Positions 43,205 through 55,813 are shown, counted from the whole stretch's first letter. The stretch is DNA of 63,978 bases, filler included, from Sandaracinaceae bacterium (GCA_947483975.1; 4 parts of 4 records of this genome joined end to end with filler, not necessarily neighbours in it), one strand, 5' to 3'. Numbers and translations: made by a program. The notes: generated from the sequence alone by a model not told the origin.

Positions 43205-44332
43205 ATGGACCGCCCGCCTCCGCTTCCACTGCAGCTGTCGGCGCTCCCCGAGGCGCTGCGTCGTTTCTGCGATCCCGCGGCGCCCCTGCCTGCACGCACG
43301 ATGGCCGCGCGCGGCTTGGTGCCGCTCAAGGGCGGCGACCTCGTCACCATCCTCGCGCAGCTCGCCGCCGACCCGGACCCGACGCTCTCGGAGGCTGCGA
43401 CCGCGTCGCTCGTCGCGCTCCCGGACAACGTGCTCCTCGTCGCTTGCGAGGGCGCGCTCGACCCGAGCATCCTCGACGCGCTCGCCGAGCGTCTCGACCG
43501 CCGCGAGATGCGCGAGCGCATCGCGCTCAACCACGCGACCGCCGACGGCACGATCGAGCTGCTCGCGAAGCGCGCCGACGACGCCCTCGGCGAGCGCATC
43601 GCGGCGAACGAGGCGCGCTTGCTGCGCGCCCCCGCGATCATCGGTGCGCTCTACAACAACCGAAACGTGCGCATGAGCACGGCGGACCGCCTGATCGAGC
43701 TCGCGTCGCGGCACGGCGTCGAGGTCCCCGGCTTGCCGAAGGAGACGTTCGAGGCGCACCTCGAGGCGATCCAGGGCGAGCTGCTCTTCGAGCCGACCGA
43801 GGAGGCGCTCCCCGAAGACCGAGAGTTCGCCGACACCATCGCCGCCGACGAGGACGATGTGGACGCGGTCGAGATCGACCTCGCCAAGAGCGAGGAGCGC
43901 GTCCGCGAGAAGCATCTCCCGCTCTCGATGAAGATCAGCGGGCTCTCGAAGGCGAAGAAGATCCGCCTCGCCCAGATCGGCAGCGCCGCGGCGCGGGCGT
44001 TCCTCGTGCGCGACAACGATCGTCAGGTCGCGATGACGGCCATTCGTTCCCCGCAGCTGAGCATCGGTGAGGCGACCGCCGTCGCGCACTCGCGGCAGGT
44101 GGGCGAGGAGGTCCTCAAGCACATCGGCTCGATGCGGAACCTGACGCGCAGCGCGGAGGTGAAGCGCGCGCTCGTCTTCAACCCGAAGACGCCCTTCGGC
44201 ATCTCGCTCAGTTTTCTCTCGCACATGAACGGGAACGATCTCCGCGAGATCTCGCGGAGCCGCAACGTCGCCCCGCAGCTCAAGAGCGCTGCGCTGCAGA
44301 AGATCGCGGCGAAAGAAAAGAAGGACAAGTAG
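43205..44332 (+). CDS. Conserved hypothetical alpha-helical (HEAT-like) protein
   Basis: Coding-like composition and KIRLAQIG..AR..LVRD...V...AI.SP...LV.NPKTP, a pattern I recall from deltaproteobacterial hypotheticals. Confidence 0.7.
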   Translation: MDRPPPLPLQLSALPEALRRFCDPAAPLPARTMAARGLVPLKGGDLVTILAQLAADPDPTLSEAATASLVALPDNVLLVACEGALDPSILDALAERLDRREMRERIALNHATADGTIELLAKRADDALGERIAANEARLLRAPAIIGALYNNRNVRMSTADRLIELASRHGVEVPGLPKETFEAHLEAIQGELLFEPTEEALPEDREFADTIAADEDDVDAVEIDLAKSEERVREKHLPLSMKISGLSKAKKIRLAQIGSAAARAFLVRDNDRQVAMTAIRSPQLSIGEATAVAHSRQVGEEVLKHIGSMRNLTRSAEVKRALVFNPKTPFGISLSFLSHMNGNDLREISRSRNVAPQLKSAALQKIAAKEKKDK

Positions 44333-44334
44333 CC

Positions 44335-45594
44335 ATGTCGTTCCTGAAGAAGCTGTTCGGCGGCTCGTCGTTCGACGAGCTGCGCGCGGAAGCCGATGCG
44401 CACTTCGAAGCCAAGCGCTTCGGCGAGGCGAAGCTCGCGTACGACCGCGCGCTCGCCAAGCAAAAGGGCGCCGCGCCCGAGGGCGTCGCGCACGTGCGAG
44501 CCCGAGTCGATGCCTCGAAGGACGCGATCGCGCAGGAGCGCCTCGACGCGGCCTCGACGTTCGAGAAGGAAGGCGAGTTCGAGCTCGCGCGCGCGGAGCT
44601 GGAGAGCGCGCTCGAGACGGCGGCGAGCGAGGAGCTCGCGCGGTCGATCGAGCGGCGCCTCGAGGCGCTCGAGCGGGGCGATGCGCGGCAGCGCGCGACC
44701 GCGATCGAGGTGAGCGACGACGAGCTCTTCGAGGCGATGTCCGGCAATTGGGAGCCCGAGCAGCTCGAAGAGTACGACGCCGCGGGACCGGGCTTTCGAG
44801 ACGCGCTCCTCGCGTCGAACGCGGGGCGTTTCGCAGAGGCGGCGACGGCGCTCGCGGCGCTCGTCGCAGCGTCGAAGTCCCCGCACTATCTGCTGTTTGA
44901 GCTCGGCATCGCGCGCATCTCCGCGGAGGACAACGCCGCCGGCGAAGAGTCGCTGCGGGCGTTCCTCGGCAGCATCGGCCCCGAGGAAGGCGGCGCAGCG
45001 CGGCTCGCGGCGCACGGCTCGCTCGCGCAGCTTTGTGATGCGCGCGGCGACGAGGAGGGCGCCGTCGCGGAGCTCGGGCTCGCGATCGAGGCGCTCGAGG
45101 AAGACCCGCGCCCCTACATCATGCTCGGCAATTTTCTGCGCAAGCGCGGGCACGCCGACGCCGCGATCGACGTGCTCGACTCAGCCGTCGCCGTGATCGG
45201 TGAGGGACAGGTCGATCCGTTCGTGCAGCAAGAGCTCGCGCTCGCGCACCGCGACGCCGGGCACGACGCCGAGGCGGAGCAGATGCTCGAGGCGATCATC
45301 GACACGCACGTGAAGCAGGCGCGCTTCGACTTCCCCGTCGAGCCGACCATCGCCCTCGCGGAGCTGCACGAGAAGCGCCGCAACGTGAAGCGCGCCGCCG
45401 ACCTCTGGCGCTCGCTGACGCGCGGCTCCGACCGCGCGAATCACCTGCGCTTTCACCGCGAGGCGGGGCGCCTGCTCGTGGAGCTGGGCCTCGCCGACGA
45501 GGCGGTGCGCATGTATCAGCGCGCCGCCGAGCTCGCCGAGGGCGACGCCGACGCTGCGCGCGACATCGCCGACAGGCTCGCTGCGCTGGCATGA
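44335..45594 (+). CDS. Tetratricopeptide-repeat protein
   Basis: Multiple TPR-like helix pairs (A..HFEAKRFGEAKLAYDRAL, YIMLGNFLRKRG, AVRMYQRAAEL). Starts 2 nt after the previous stop. Confidence 0.8.
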   Translation: MSFLKKLFGGSSFDELRAEADAHFEAKRFGEAKLAYDRALAKQKGAAPEGVAHVRARVDASKDAIAQERLDAASTFEKEGEFELARAELESALETAASEELARSIERRLEALERGDARQRATAIEVSDDELFEAMSGNWEPEQLEEYDAAGPGFRDALLASNAGRFAEAATALAALVAASKSPHYLLFELGIARISAEDNAAGEESLRAFLGSIGPEEGGAARLAAHGSLAQLCDARGDEEGAVAELGLAIEALEEDPRPYIMLGNFLRKRGHADAAIDVLDSAVAVIGEGQVDPFVQQELALAHRDAGHDAEAEQMLEAIIDTHVKQARFDFPVEPTIALAELHEKRRNVKRAADLWRSLTRGSDRANHLRFHREAGRLLVELGLADEAVRMYQRAAELAEGDADAARDIADRLAALA

Positions 45595-45995
45595 GACTGC
45601 GCCTCTCGACCCTGCCGCTCGTCATCGGCTGCGCGACGGGCGCGGGCGCGACGACGGCGCTGCTGCTCGGGACCTTCGTGCCCGGCTGGGGCCTGACCGG
45701 GGGCGTCGCGCTCGCGCTCGCCACGCTGAGCGTGGGGCTGTTCGTCGTGCCCGGGCACCGGGAGCTGCTGCTCGTCACCGTCGCGCTCAGCTGCTTCGTG
45801 CTCGGCTTCCTCGTCGCTACGGTGCCCGCGTCGCTCGTCGGTCTCGAGGACTTCGTCGCCGACAAGCTCCCCGAGCTGCGCGCCTACGCGAACGCGAGCG
45901 CCAACGACGTCCGAGCGCGGCTCCTCGTGCGCTGGACGGTCGCCGGGCTCGCGGCGCTCGGCGCGGGGATCGTCGCGCGACGAAAACGAGCCTGA
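45591..45995 (+). CDS. Hypothetical membrane protein
   Basis: About four hydrophobic segments, and an ATGA overlap with the TPR gene. Confidence 0.65.
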   Translation: MRLRLSTLPLVIGCATGAGATTALLLGTFVPGWGLTGGVALALATLSVGLFVVPGHRELLLVTVALSCFVLGFLVATVPASLVGLEDFVADKLPELRAYANASANDVRARLLVRWTVAGLAALGAGIVARRKRA

Positions 45996-46073
45996 CGCGC
46001 CCTCCGCTTTCCGTATCCTCGCCCCGCGCGATCGACTACCGTTCGTGCTCGTCTTTTTCCTGCTGGAGGGCCG

Positions 46074-47387
46074 ATGACGGACCGGATTGGTGAAGCTCGT
46101 TCGGAAGCGGTCTTCGAGGATTTCAAAGGGCAATACACGCGGGACCAAGCGACCGTCGAGGCCAACCGCTGCCTCTTCTGCAGCGACGCTCCGTGCGTGA
46201 AGGTCTGCCCGACACACATCGAGATCCCGCAGTTCATCCGCAAGATCGCGACCGACAACGTCAAGGGCTCGGCGCGCACGATCTTCGAGGCGAACATCCT
46301 CGGCATGAGCTGCGCGCGCGTCTGCCCCGTCGAGGTCCTCTGCGTCGGCGCCTGCGTCTACAACGCGATGGGCGTGCCGCCGGTGCAGATCGGCAAGCTG
46401 CAGCGCTACTCGACCGACGTCGCCTACGACGCGAAGTGGCGCTTCTTCGAGGCGGGTCCCGACTCTGGCAAGCGCGTCGCGCTCGTCGGCGCTGGGCCCG
46501 CGAGCCTCGCCTGCGCGCACGAGCTTCGTCGGCACGGACACGCCGTGACGATCTTCGAGAAGCGCAGCGCCATCGGCGGGCTCAACGCGACCGGCGTCGC
46601 GCCCTACAAGATGAAGGCCGACCGCGCCGCCGAAGAGGCCGCGTGGGTCCTCGGCATCGGCGGCGTCGAGGTGAAGACCGGCGTCGCCGTCGGCACGGAC
46701 GTCTCGTTCGAGCAGCTCGAGCAGCAGCACGACGCCGTGTTCTTCGGCGCGGGGCTCGGCAGCGACACCAAGCTCGGCGTGCCCGGCGAGGACCTCCCGG
46801 GCGTCTCCGGCGCGGTCGAGTGGATCGAGCAGATGAAGCTCTCGCGCGTCCCGACCGACGGCGTGAAGCACTGCCTCGTCGTCGGCGGCGGCAACACCGC
46901 CGTAGACGTCGTGCGTGAGGCCTGCGGCCTCGGCATCCCGCGCGTCACAATGCTGTATCGCGGCACGCAGGCGAAGATGAGCGGCTATGCGCACGAGTGG
47001 AAGGCCGCGCTCCCCGAGGGTGGGCGCGCAGACTGGCAGGCGGTCGTCACGCGCTTCGAGGGCGACGGCCGCGTCGAGCGCGTGCACTGCGCGCGCCTCG
47101 ACGCGAAGAAGCAGCCGATCGCGGGCAGCGACTTCGTCGTCGAAGCGGACCTCGTGCTCGTCGCCATCGGCCAATCGAAGCTCGGCGCGCTGCTCAGCGG
47201 ACTCGAGGGCATCGCGCTCGAGAGCGGCTGTGTCGTGACCGACGAGCACGGGTGTACGGGTCGCAAGGGCTGGTTCGCCGGCGGCGACTGCCGCAACGGC
47301 GGCAAGGAAGTCGTCAACGCCGCCGCCGAGGGCAAGGCCGCCGCGCTCGCCATTCACGCATACCTTTCGGGAGGCTCGCATGCCTGA
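46074..47387 (+). CDS. preT: Dihydropyrimidine dehydrogenase subunit A (GltD-like, PreT/PydX)
   Basis: EANRCLFCSDAPCVKVCP, CARVCPVEVLC, VGAGPA, GGGNTAVD and FAGGDC. Overlaps preA. Confidence 0.9.
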   Translation: MTDRIGEARSEAVFEDFKGQYTRDQATVEANRCLFCSDAPCVKVCPTHIEIPQFIRKIATDNVKGSARTIFEANILGMSCARVCPVEVLCVGACVYNAMGVPPVQIGKLQRYSTDVAYDAKWRFFEAGPDSGKRVALVGAGPASLACAHELRRHGHAVTIFEKRSAIGGLNATGVAPYKMKADRAAEEAAWVLGIGGVEVKTGVAVGTDVSFEQLEQQHDAVFFGAGLGSDTKLGVPGEDLPGVSGAVEWIEQMKLSRVPTDGVKHCLVVGGGNTAVDVVREACGLGIPRVTMLYRGTQAKMSGYAHEWKAALPEGGRADWQAVVTRFEGDGRVERVHCARLDAKKQPIAGSDFVVEADLVLVAIGQSKLGALLSGLEGIALESGCVVTDEHGCTGRKGWFAGGDCRNGGKEVVNAAAEGKAAALAIHAYLSGGSHA

Positions 47388-48648
47388 TCTGTCGACGAAC
47401 TGTGGTGGCATCAAGTCCCCGAATCCCTTCTGGCTCGCCTCCGCACCGCCCGCGAATTCGGGCAATCAGGTGCAGCGCGCCTTCGACGCCGGCTGGGGCG
47501 GCGCCGTGTGGAAGACGCTCGGACAACCGATCCAGAACGTCTCGAGCCGCTTTGGCGCGACGAAGATCCGCGGCGTCGCGGGCGTCGGCTTCAACAACAT
47601 CGAGCTGATCACGGACCGCGCGCTCGACGTCAATTTCCGCGAGATCTACGAGACGAAGAAGAAGTTCCCGAACCACGCGGTCATCGTCTCGCTGATGGTC
47701 GAGACGAAGGCCGAGTGGCAGGACTTCATCAAGCGCGCGGTCGACACCGGCGCTGACGGACTCGAGCTCAACTTCGGCTGCCCCCACGGGATGTGCGAGC
47801 GCGGCATGGGCTCGGCCGTCGGGCAAGAGCCGCGCGTCAACGAGCAGATCACGTCGTGGGCCGTCGAGTACTCGACCATCCCCGTGCTCGTGAAGCTGAC
47901 CCCGAACGTCTCGGACATCCTCCCGCACGGGCACGCGGCCAAGCGCGGCGGAGCGCACGGCGTCTCTCTGATCAACACGATCAAGAGCATCATCTCCGTC
48001 GACATCGACCGGCTCGCGATCGAGCCGCGCGTCGGCGGGCTCTCGACGAACGGGGGCTATTGCGGCGCGGCGGTCAAGCCGATCGCGCTCCACATGGTGG
48101 CCGCCCTCGCCCGCGACAAGAGCTTCGGGCTCCCGATCAGCGGCATCGGCGGAGTGTCCAACTGGCGCGATGCGGTGGAGTTCCTGCTGCTCGGCTCGAG
48201 CTCCGTGCAGGTCTGCACCGAGGTCATGCTGCGCGGCTATCGCGTCGTCGAGGACATGCGCGACGGGCTCGAGGAGTACATGCGCAAGCACGACTTCGCG
48301 AAGCTCGACGACATGATCGGCAAGGCGATCCCGAGCTTCTCCGAGTGGGGAAATCTCGACCTCAATTACGAGACGGTCGCGAAGATCGACGCGAACAAGT
48401 GCATCGGCTGCCAGCTCTGCATCGTCGCCTGCGACGACGGCGCGCATCAGTGCATCCACCCGAACGCCGACGCGTCCATTCGCGTGCCCGTCGTCGACGA
48501 GTCCGAGTGCGTCGGCTGCAACCTCTGTCAGATCGTCTGCCCCGTCAGCGACTGCATCTCGCTCGAGCAGGTCAACAACGGCTTCGCGAGCGCCACGTGG
48601 AACGAGCACGTCCACGAGGGCAAGGCGCTCCGCCCCAAGAAGGGCGCG

Positions 48649-48654
<6 letters not shown>
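47380..48654 (+). CDS. preA: NAD-dependent dihydropyrimidine dehydrogenase subunit PreA
   Basis: NPFWLASAPP, NNIELIT, catalytic ELNFGCPHG, VKLTPN, INTIKS, GGYCG.AVKP and two C-terminal ferredoxin motifs. Confidence 0.96.
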
Positions 48655-50196
<1,542 letters not shown>

Positions 50197-50229
50197 TTCG
50201 TTCGTTCTCCACCCGATGAGGCTATCCCG

Positions 50230-51720
50230 ATGATTCCGCCATTTGCAGCCAAGGGTTACGAGCTGACGCAGTTCCTCACTGCGCGAAACTACATCGCAGG
50301 CGCGTGGTGCGATCCGCTCACCTCGAAGGACTCGCTCGAGGTGATGAATCCGCGCCACGGCAAGGCCATGAGCACGGTGCTGATGGGCGGGCGGGACGAC
50401 GTCGACGCTGCCGTGCGCTCGGCCCAGGCCGCGTTCGCCGACTGGAGCAAGTGGCCCATTCGCGACCGCGCGCACGTGTTCTATCGGCTGCGCTCGGCGA
50501 TGGAGAAGAACCTCGAGGAGCTCTCTTGGCTGCTCTCGCACGAGAACGGGAAGCTCTACGCGGAGGCCAAGGCCGAGGTCGAGAAGGGCATCGAGTGCGT
50601 CGAGTACGGCTGCTCGCTGCCGAACCTCGCCGCCGGCGAGAAGCTCGAGGTCAGCCGCGGCGTGACGTGTGAGCTCAGCTATGCGCCGCTCGGCGTCGTC
50701 GCGGGCGTGGTGCCGTTCAACTTCCCGAACATGGTCCCCTTCTGGATGCTGCCGCAGGCGCTCGTCGCGGGGAACACCTTCGTGCTCAAGCCGAGCGAGC
50801 AAGTCCCGCTCTCGATGATGCGCGTCGCGCAGCTCTTCGCCGAGTGCGGGCTGCCGAGCGGCGTGCTGAACATCGTGCAGGGCGGTCAGCCCGTCGTCGA
50901 AGCGCTCTGCGATCACGCGGGCATCAAGGCGCTCGGCTTCGTCGGCTCGACGCGCGTCGCCAAGGCCGTCTATGCGCGGGCGAGCGCGAGCAGCAAGCGC
51001 GCCCTCTGCCTCGGCGGCGCGAAGAATCACCTCATCGTCGTCCCCGACGCGGACGTCGCGCTCACGGCGGACAACGTCGTCGCCTCGTTCATGGGCTGCG
51101 CCGGACAGCGCTGCATGGCGGCGTCGGTGCTCGTCGCCGTCGGCGACTGCGATCACATCATCGAGGCCATTCGCGTGCGCGCGGCCAAGCTCGTCACGGG
51201 CACGGATATGGGCCCGGTGACGCAGGAGGCCGCTGTGCGCCGCATCGTCGGCTACATCGACGCGGCCGAGAAGGCGGGCGCGAAGGTGCTCGTCGACGGG
51301 CGCGGCGCCAAGGGTGACGCGGGCGGCTATTGGGTCGGTCCGACCATCTTGGACAACGTCACTCCCGACATGCCCGCAGGCTGCGAGGAGATCTTCGGCC
51401 CGGTGCTGTCCATCGTGCGCGTCCCGAACCTCGAGCGCGCCATCGAGATCGAGAACGCCAACCCGTACGGCAACGCCTCGAGCATCTACACGACGAGCGG
51501 CGACGTCGCCAAGCGCGTGATGGAGAGCGTCGACGCCGGGATGTGCGGAGTCAACGTGGGAGTCCCCGTGCCGCGTGAGCCCTTCGGCTTCGGCGGCTGG
51601 AACGACTCGGGCTTCGGCGCGGGCAACATGACCGGCTGGGACGGATACCGCTTCTGGACCCGTCAGCGGAAGGTCACCACGAAGTGGGCTCTTCAAAAAG
51701 ACATCACCTGGATGAGCTGA
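50230..51720 (+). CDS. mmsA: CoA-acylating (methyl)malonate-semialdehyde dehydrogenase
   Basis: PFNFP.MVP.W, KPSEQVP, FVGST, GGAKNH, AGQRCMA, EEIFGPV and GVNVGVPVP. Confidence 0.93.
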   Translation: MIPPFAAKGYELTQFLTARNYIAGAWCDPLTSKDSLEVMNPRHGKAMSTVLMGGRDDVDAAVRSAQAAFADWSKWPIRDRAHVFYRLRSAMEKNLEELSWLLSHENGKLYAEAKAEVEKGIECVEYGCSLPNLAAGEKLEVSRGVTCELSYAPLGVVAGVVPFNFPNMVPFWMLPQALVAGNTFVLKPSEQVPLSMMRVAQLFAECGLPSGVLNIVQGGQPVVEALCDHAGIKALGFVGSTRVAKAVYARASASSKRALCLGGAKNHLIVVPDADVALTADNVVASFMGCAGQRCMAASVLVAVGDCDHIIEAIRVRAAKLVTGTDMGPVTQEAAVRRIVGYIDAAEKAGAKVLVDGRGAKGDAGGYWVGPTILDNVTPDMPAGCEEIFGPVLSIVRVPNLERAIEIENANPYGNASSIYTTSGDVAKRVMESVDAGMCGVNVGVPVPREPFGFGGWNDSGFGAGNMTGWDGYRFWTRQRKVTTKWALQKDITWMS

Positions 51721-51843
51721 AGAGCCGTCGAAAAATGCCCGACAGCGGCTTACGTCCTCACGCAGACCCTGCGAAATACAGGAGTATTCCTCGGGTCTGC
51801 GCTCCGGGCGCGCTCGCTCTCGGTCTATTTTTTCTACGGCTCT
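51721..51843. mobile_element. 123-bp MITE/REP-like element with terminal inverted repeats
   Basis: Left end AGAGCCGTCGAAAAAT versus reverse complement of the right end AGAGCCGTAGAAAAAAT. Nested internal stems CGCAGACCC/GGGTCTGCG and AATAC/GTATT. No coding capacity. Confidence 0.6.
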
Positions 51844-51892
51844 CGAGTCGCGCCGAACGTGCCTGAGAACAGCTGAGCAGAGGACCGACGAT

Positions 51893-53218
51893 ATGACGAT
51901 GAGCTCCAAGGAAATGGTCGAGGCGTGTACCAAGTACAGCCTCTTCTCGTGGTCGGCGACTGGCAAGGTCGACCCGATGCCGATCGCGCGCGCAGAGGGG
52001 ATTTACCTCTACTCGCCCGAGGGGCAGCGCTGGCTCGACTTCAACAGTCAGCTGATGAGCGTGAACATCGGGCACGCGCACCCGAAGGTGATCGAGGCGA
52101 TCACGAAGGCCGCCGAGACGCTGATCTACGTCTATCCGGGCATGGCGAGCGAGCCGCGCGCGCGGCTCTCGATGCGCCTCGCGGAGCTCGTGCCGGGCGA
52201 CCTCAACACGTTCTTCTATACGCTCGGCGGCGCCGAGGCGAACGAGAACGCGATCAAGGCCGCGCGCCTCTTCACGGGTCGGCAGAAGATCCTGACGCGG
52301 CACCGCAGCTATCACGGCGCGACGCACGGCGCGATGTCGCTGACGGGCGACCCGCGGCGTTGGCCGAACGAGCCCGGCATGGTGGGAGTCGTGCGCGTGC
52401 TCGACCCGCACCCGTACGACTACTCCTTCGGCAAGACCGAAGAGGAGATCGTCGCGAACAACCTCGTCTATCTCGAGGAGATCATCCAATACGAGGGACC
52501 GCACACCATCGCCGCGATGTTCATCGAGACGATGACTGGCACCAACGGCATCTTGCCGCCGCCGAAGGGCTATCTGCAGGGGCTCAAGGCGCTCCTCGAG
52601 AAGTACGGCATCCTGCTCGTCTGCGACGAGGTCATGTGTGGCTGGGGTCGCACTGGCAAGCTCTTCGCGTTCGAGCACGGCGGCATCGTCCCCGACATCC
52701 TGACGATGGCGAAGGGGCTGACCAGCTCCTATATGCCGCTCGGCGTGATGGCGGTGAGCGACCGCATCGCCAAGCACTTCCAGGACAACGTGTTCTGGGG
52801 CGGGCTCACCTACAACGCACACCCGATGTGCCTCGCGACCGCCCTCGCCGTGATCGACGTCCTCGAGGAGGAGAAGCTCGTCGAGAACTCCGCGCGCATG
52901 GGCGAGGTGATGACTGGGCACATGGCGCGCCTCCAGGCCAAGCACAAGTGCGTGCGCGAGCACCGCAACCTCGGCCTGTTTGGCATCATCGAGCTACAGA
53001 AGAACACGCGCGGCGAGCGCCTCGTGCCGTATGCGGGCTCGCACCCGGTGATGGGGAAGCTCGGGCGCTTCTTCCGCGACAATGGCCTCTTCGCCGTGCT
53101 CCAGTGGGGCGGCGTGATGTGCAATCCGCCGCTGACGATCAACGAGGCGCAGCTGGCTGAAGCCTTCGAGATCGTGGACCGCGGGCTGTCCATCGTGGAT
53201 GAGGTCGTCACCGACTGA
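51893..53218 (+). CDS. Class III PLP aminotransferase, probable beta-alanine aminotransferase
   Basis: DFNSQL..NIGH, GGAEANENA, SYHG.T, DEVMCGWGRTG, PLP Lys in TMAKG, GLTYNAHP. Substrate inferred from the pyrimidine cluster. Confidence 0.85.
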   Translation: MTMSSKEMVEACTKYSLFSWSATGKVDPMPIARAEGIYLYSPEGQRWLDFNSQLMSVNIGHAHPKVIEAITKAAETLIYVYPGMASEPRARLSMRLAELVPGDLNTFFYTLGGAEANENAIKAARLFTGRQKILTRHRSYHGATHGAMSLTGDPRRWPNEPGMVGVVRVLDPHPYDYSFGKTEEEIVANNLVYLEEIIQYEGPHTIAAMFIETMTGTNGILPPPKGYLQGLKALLEKYGILLVCDEVMCGWGRTGKLFAFEHGGIVPDILTMAKGLTSSYMPLGVMAVSDRIAKHFQDNVFWGGLTYNAHPMCLATALAVIDVLEEEKLVENSARMGEVMTGHMARLQAKHKCVREHRNLGLFGIIELQKNTRGERLVPYAGSHPVMGKLGRFFRDNGLFAVLQWGGVMCNPPLTINEAQLAEAFEIVDRGLSIVDEVVTD

Positions 53219-53389
53219 CGCGCGACGACCCTCGGAGCGCGGGCGGCGGCTTGGCGCGCCCTGCTCGAGGGCTGACAGATGCATGACCGGCGGGGGCTGT
53301 AGCGGCCCTCGCCGTTCTGCTATCTTGCCCAGCGATCGCAACGGCGTGGACCGGGACTCACTCGGCCGCGACCCGACCGACCGAGTGAT

Positions 53390-54304
53390 ATGACGCAGTC
53401 CCCCGCCTCCCCGGTTACGCCGCGCATTGGGCGAATGACGGTCCCGATGCTGCGCGCGATGAAGTCGCGCGGCGAGCGCATCACGATGATCACGGCGTAC
53501 GACGCGACGTTCGCGCGCATGCTCGACGAGGGCGGCGCGGACGTGCTGCTCGTCGGCGACTCGCTCGGGATGGTCATCCAAGGGCTCGACTCGACGCTGC
53601 CCGTGACCGTCGACGAGGTCGTCTATCACTGTCGCGCGGTCGCGCGTGGCGCGCAGCACGCGCACATCGTCGGCGATATGCCGTTCATGAGCTATCAGGG
53701 CAGCCTCGACGAGGCGCTGCGCAACGCGGGGCGCTTCCTCAAGGAGGGCGGCGCGCACGCGGTGAAGCTCGAGGGCGGGCGCGAGGTCGCGGAGAAGATC
53801 GCGCGCATGGTCGGCGCGGGCATCCCGGTGATGGGGCACGTCGGGCTGACGCCGCAGAGCGTGCACGCGATGGGCGGATTTCGCGTGCAGGGGCGCACCG
53901 AGGAGGCGGCTGAGCGCGTCGTCGCGGAGGCGCACGCCGTCGCGGACGCGGGCGCGTATGCGGTGGTGCTCGAGGGGATTCCGAGCAACCTCGCGGCGCG
54001 CATCACGGCGGAGCTAGACGTCCCCACCATCGGCATCGGCGCGGGGCCTGGCTGCGATGGGCAGGTGCTCGTCTGCTACGACCTGCTCGGGCTGACGCCG
54101 GACCTGCGGCCGAAGTTCGTGAAGCGCTACGACGAGTGGTTCGCGCGCGGCATCGACGCGACGCAGCGCTACTGCGTCGAGGTGCGGAGCGGCGCGTTCC
54201 CGAGCGCGGAGTTCGCGTTCGGCGACGGCAAGCGCAAGGACGAGCCCGCGGTGCCAGCGGTGGTGCAGCCGATCGTCGCGGGCGGGTACGGTCCGCGTGG
54301 CTGA
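53390..54304 (+). CDS. panB: 3-methyl-2-oxobutanoate hydroxymethyltransferase
   Basis: [35 protein letters not shown] and [13 protein letters not shown]. Confidence 0.97.
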   Translation: MTQSPASPVTPRIGRMTVPMLRAMKSRGERITMITAYDATFARMLDEGGADVLLVGDSLGMVIQGLDSTLPVTVDEVVYHCRAVARGAQHAHIVGDMPFMSYQGSLDEALRNAGRFLKEGGAHAVKLEGGREVAEKIARMVGAGIPVMGHVGLTPQSVHAMGGFRVQGRTEEAAERVVAEAHAVADAGAYAVVLEGIPSNLAARITAELDVPTIGIGAGPGCDGQVLVCYDLLGLTPDLRPKFVKRYDEWFARGIDATQRYCVEVRSGAFPSAEFAFGDGKRKDEPAVPAVVQPIVAGGYGPRG

Positions 54305-55181
54305 CGCCGAGGTGCGCGGCGACGTCCGCGTGATCCACGAGCCCGCGGACCTTCGCGCGGCGTGTCGAGAGGCGCGGGCGCGGGGGCTGCGCGTCGGGGT
54401 CGTCCCGACGATGGGCGCGCTGCACGAGGGGCACCTCGCGCTCGTCGACGAGGCGCGCCGACGCGCGGACCTCGTCATCGTGACCATCTTCGTCAATCCC
54501 CTGCAATTTGGGCCGAACGAGGACTTCTCGCGCTACCCGCGCACGCTGCCGGAGGACCTCGCGCAGTGCAGCGCCCGCGGGGTCGACGTCGTGTTCGCGC
54601 CCGAGCGCGCGGCGATGTACCCGGAGGGCTTCTCGTCCACAGTGCGCGTCGCGGGCGTGAGCGAGCCGCTCGAGGGTGTGCATCGCCCGGGGCACTTCGA
54701 CGGCGTCACGACGGTCGTCGCGAAGCTGTTTGGGCTCGTCGGGGAGTCGACGGCGATCTTCGGGCGCAAGGACTACCAGCAGTGGAAGGTGATCACGCGG
54801 ATGACGCGCGATCTCGATCTGCCGGTGGACCTCGTCGGACATCGCACGATCCGCGAGCCCGACGGACTCGCGCTCTCGTCGCGCAATCGCTATCTCGACG
54901 CGAGCGAGCGGCAGCGGGCGCTCGGCATCGTGCTGGGCTTGCGCGCGGCGGCGGCGGCGTTCGGTGCAGGCGAGCGCGACCCGAGCGCCCTCGAGCGCAT
55001 CGCGCACGCCGAGATCGGTCCGCGCTTCGACTCGATCGACTACCTCGCGCTGCGGCACCCAGAGACGCTGGCGCCCTTCGACGGGCAGGCGCGGGACCGC
55101 GCGGTGCTCGTCGTCGCGGCGCGGATCGGCAAGACGCGCCTGATCGACAACCTCGTGCTCGGCGAAGAGCCCGTGCCCTGA
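54297..55181 (+). CDS. panC: Pantoate--beta-alanine ligase
   Basis: [46 protein letters not shown] and RLIDN. Confidence 0.97.
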   Translation: MADAEVRGDVRVIHEPADLRAACREARARGLRVGVVPTMGALHEGHLALVDEARRRADLVIVTIFVNPLQFGPNEDFSRYPRTLPEDLAQCSARGVDVVFAPERAAMYPEGFSSTVRVAGVSEPLEGVHRPGHFDGVTTVVAKLFGLVGESTAIFGRKDYQQWKVITRMTRDLDLPVDLVGHRTIREPDGLALSSRNRYLDASERQRALGIVLGLRAAAAAFGAGERDPSALERIAHAEIGPRFDSIDYLALRHPETLAPFDGQARDRAVLVVAARIGKTRLIDNLVLGEEPVP

Positions 55182-55214
55182 CAGCCGCGCAGGGCGGCCG
55201 CGGCTGCGACGCGC

Positions 55215-55813
55215 CTACTGCGGCGTGAGGATCGCGACGTAGCTCGGCTGCGCGGGACCGATCGGGATCGTGATGCTGAAGTTCGCGAACCCTTGGCGGC
55301 TCACGTCGATCTGATGCGGTACCGTGGCGTCGAGCGCCGCGGGGAGCACGAGCGGCGTCAGCCCGGGGACGGCGATCCCATCGACGCGTACCTGCGCCTG
55401 CAATGGCACCGAGACGATGCGCGGCGGAGTCGGGGGCTTGCGAGTGACGTAATGGATACCGACGCCGATCGCGCTGCACAGAGCCACGACGGCGGCGAGC
55501 GCCAGCGCGATCAGCAGCCCACGGCTGCGCCCTTCGTGGGTCTCGATCGCCGGATAGGCGGCCGTCGCAGCGCCCGGCGCGAGCTGAGGCGCAAACGGAT
55601 CGAACGCCGGACCGCTGCGCGGGTCGAGCGAATGCCCACTGCCGGACCAAGGCCCGTCGGGCTGCGCCGCGTGAGCCTGCGGGGGCCAGGCGGTCGCGAC
55701 GTGGACCGGCTGCGGTGCGGGCACCGCCGGCTCGAAGGGCGACGCAAAGCGCTGCACCGGCGGAGGGGCGAACTGCGGCGCGGGAGGCGGCTGGGGCGTG
55801 AACTGCGGCGCCG
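55215..55813 (-). CDS. C-terminal part of a membrane protein with Pro-rich linker, TM helix and PEGA-like domain (5' truncated)
   Basis: Pro/Gln-rich region, TM GLLIALALAAVVALCSAIGVGI, then VSVPLQAQVRVDG...GLTPL. This architecture is typical of myxobacterial Ser/Thr kinase tails (inference). Confidence 0.65.
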
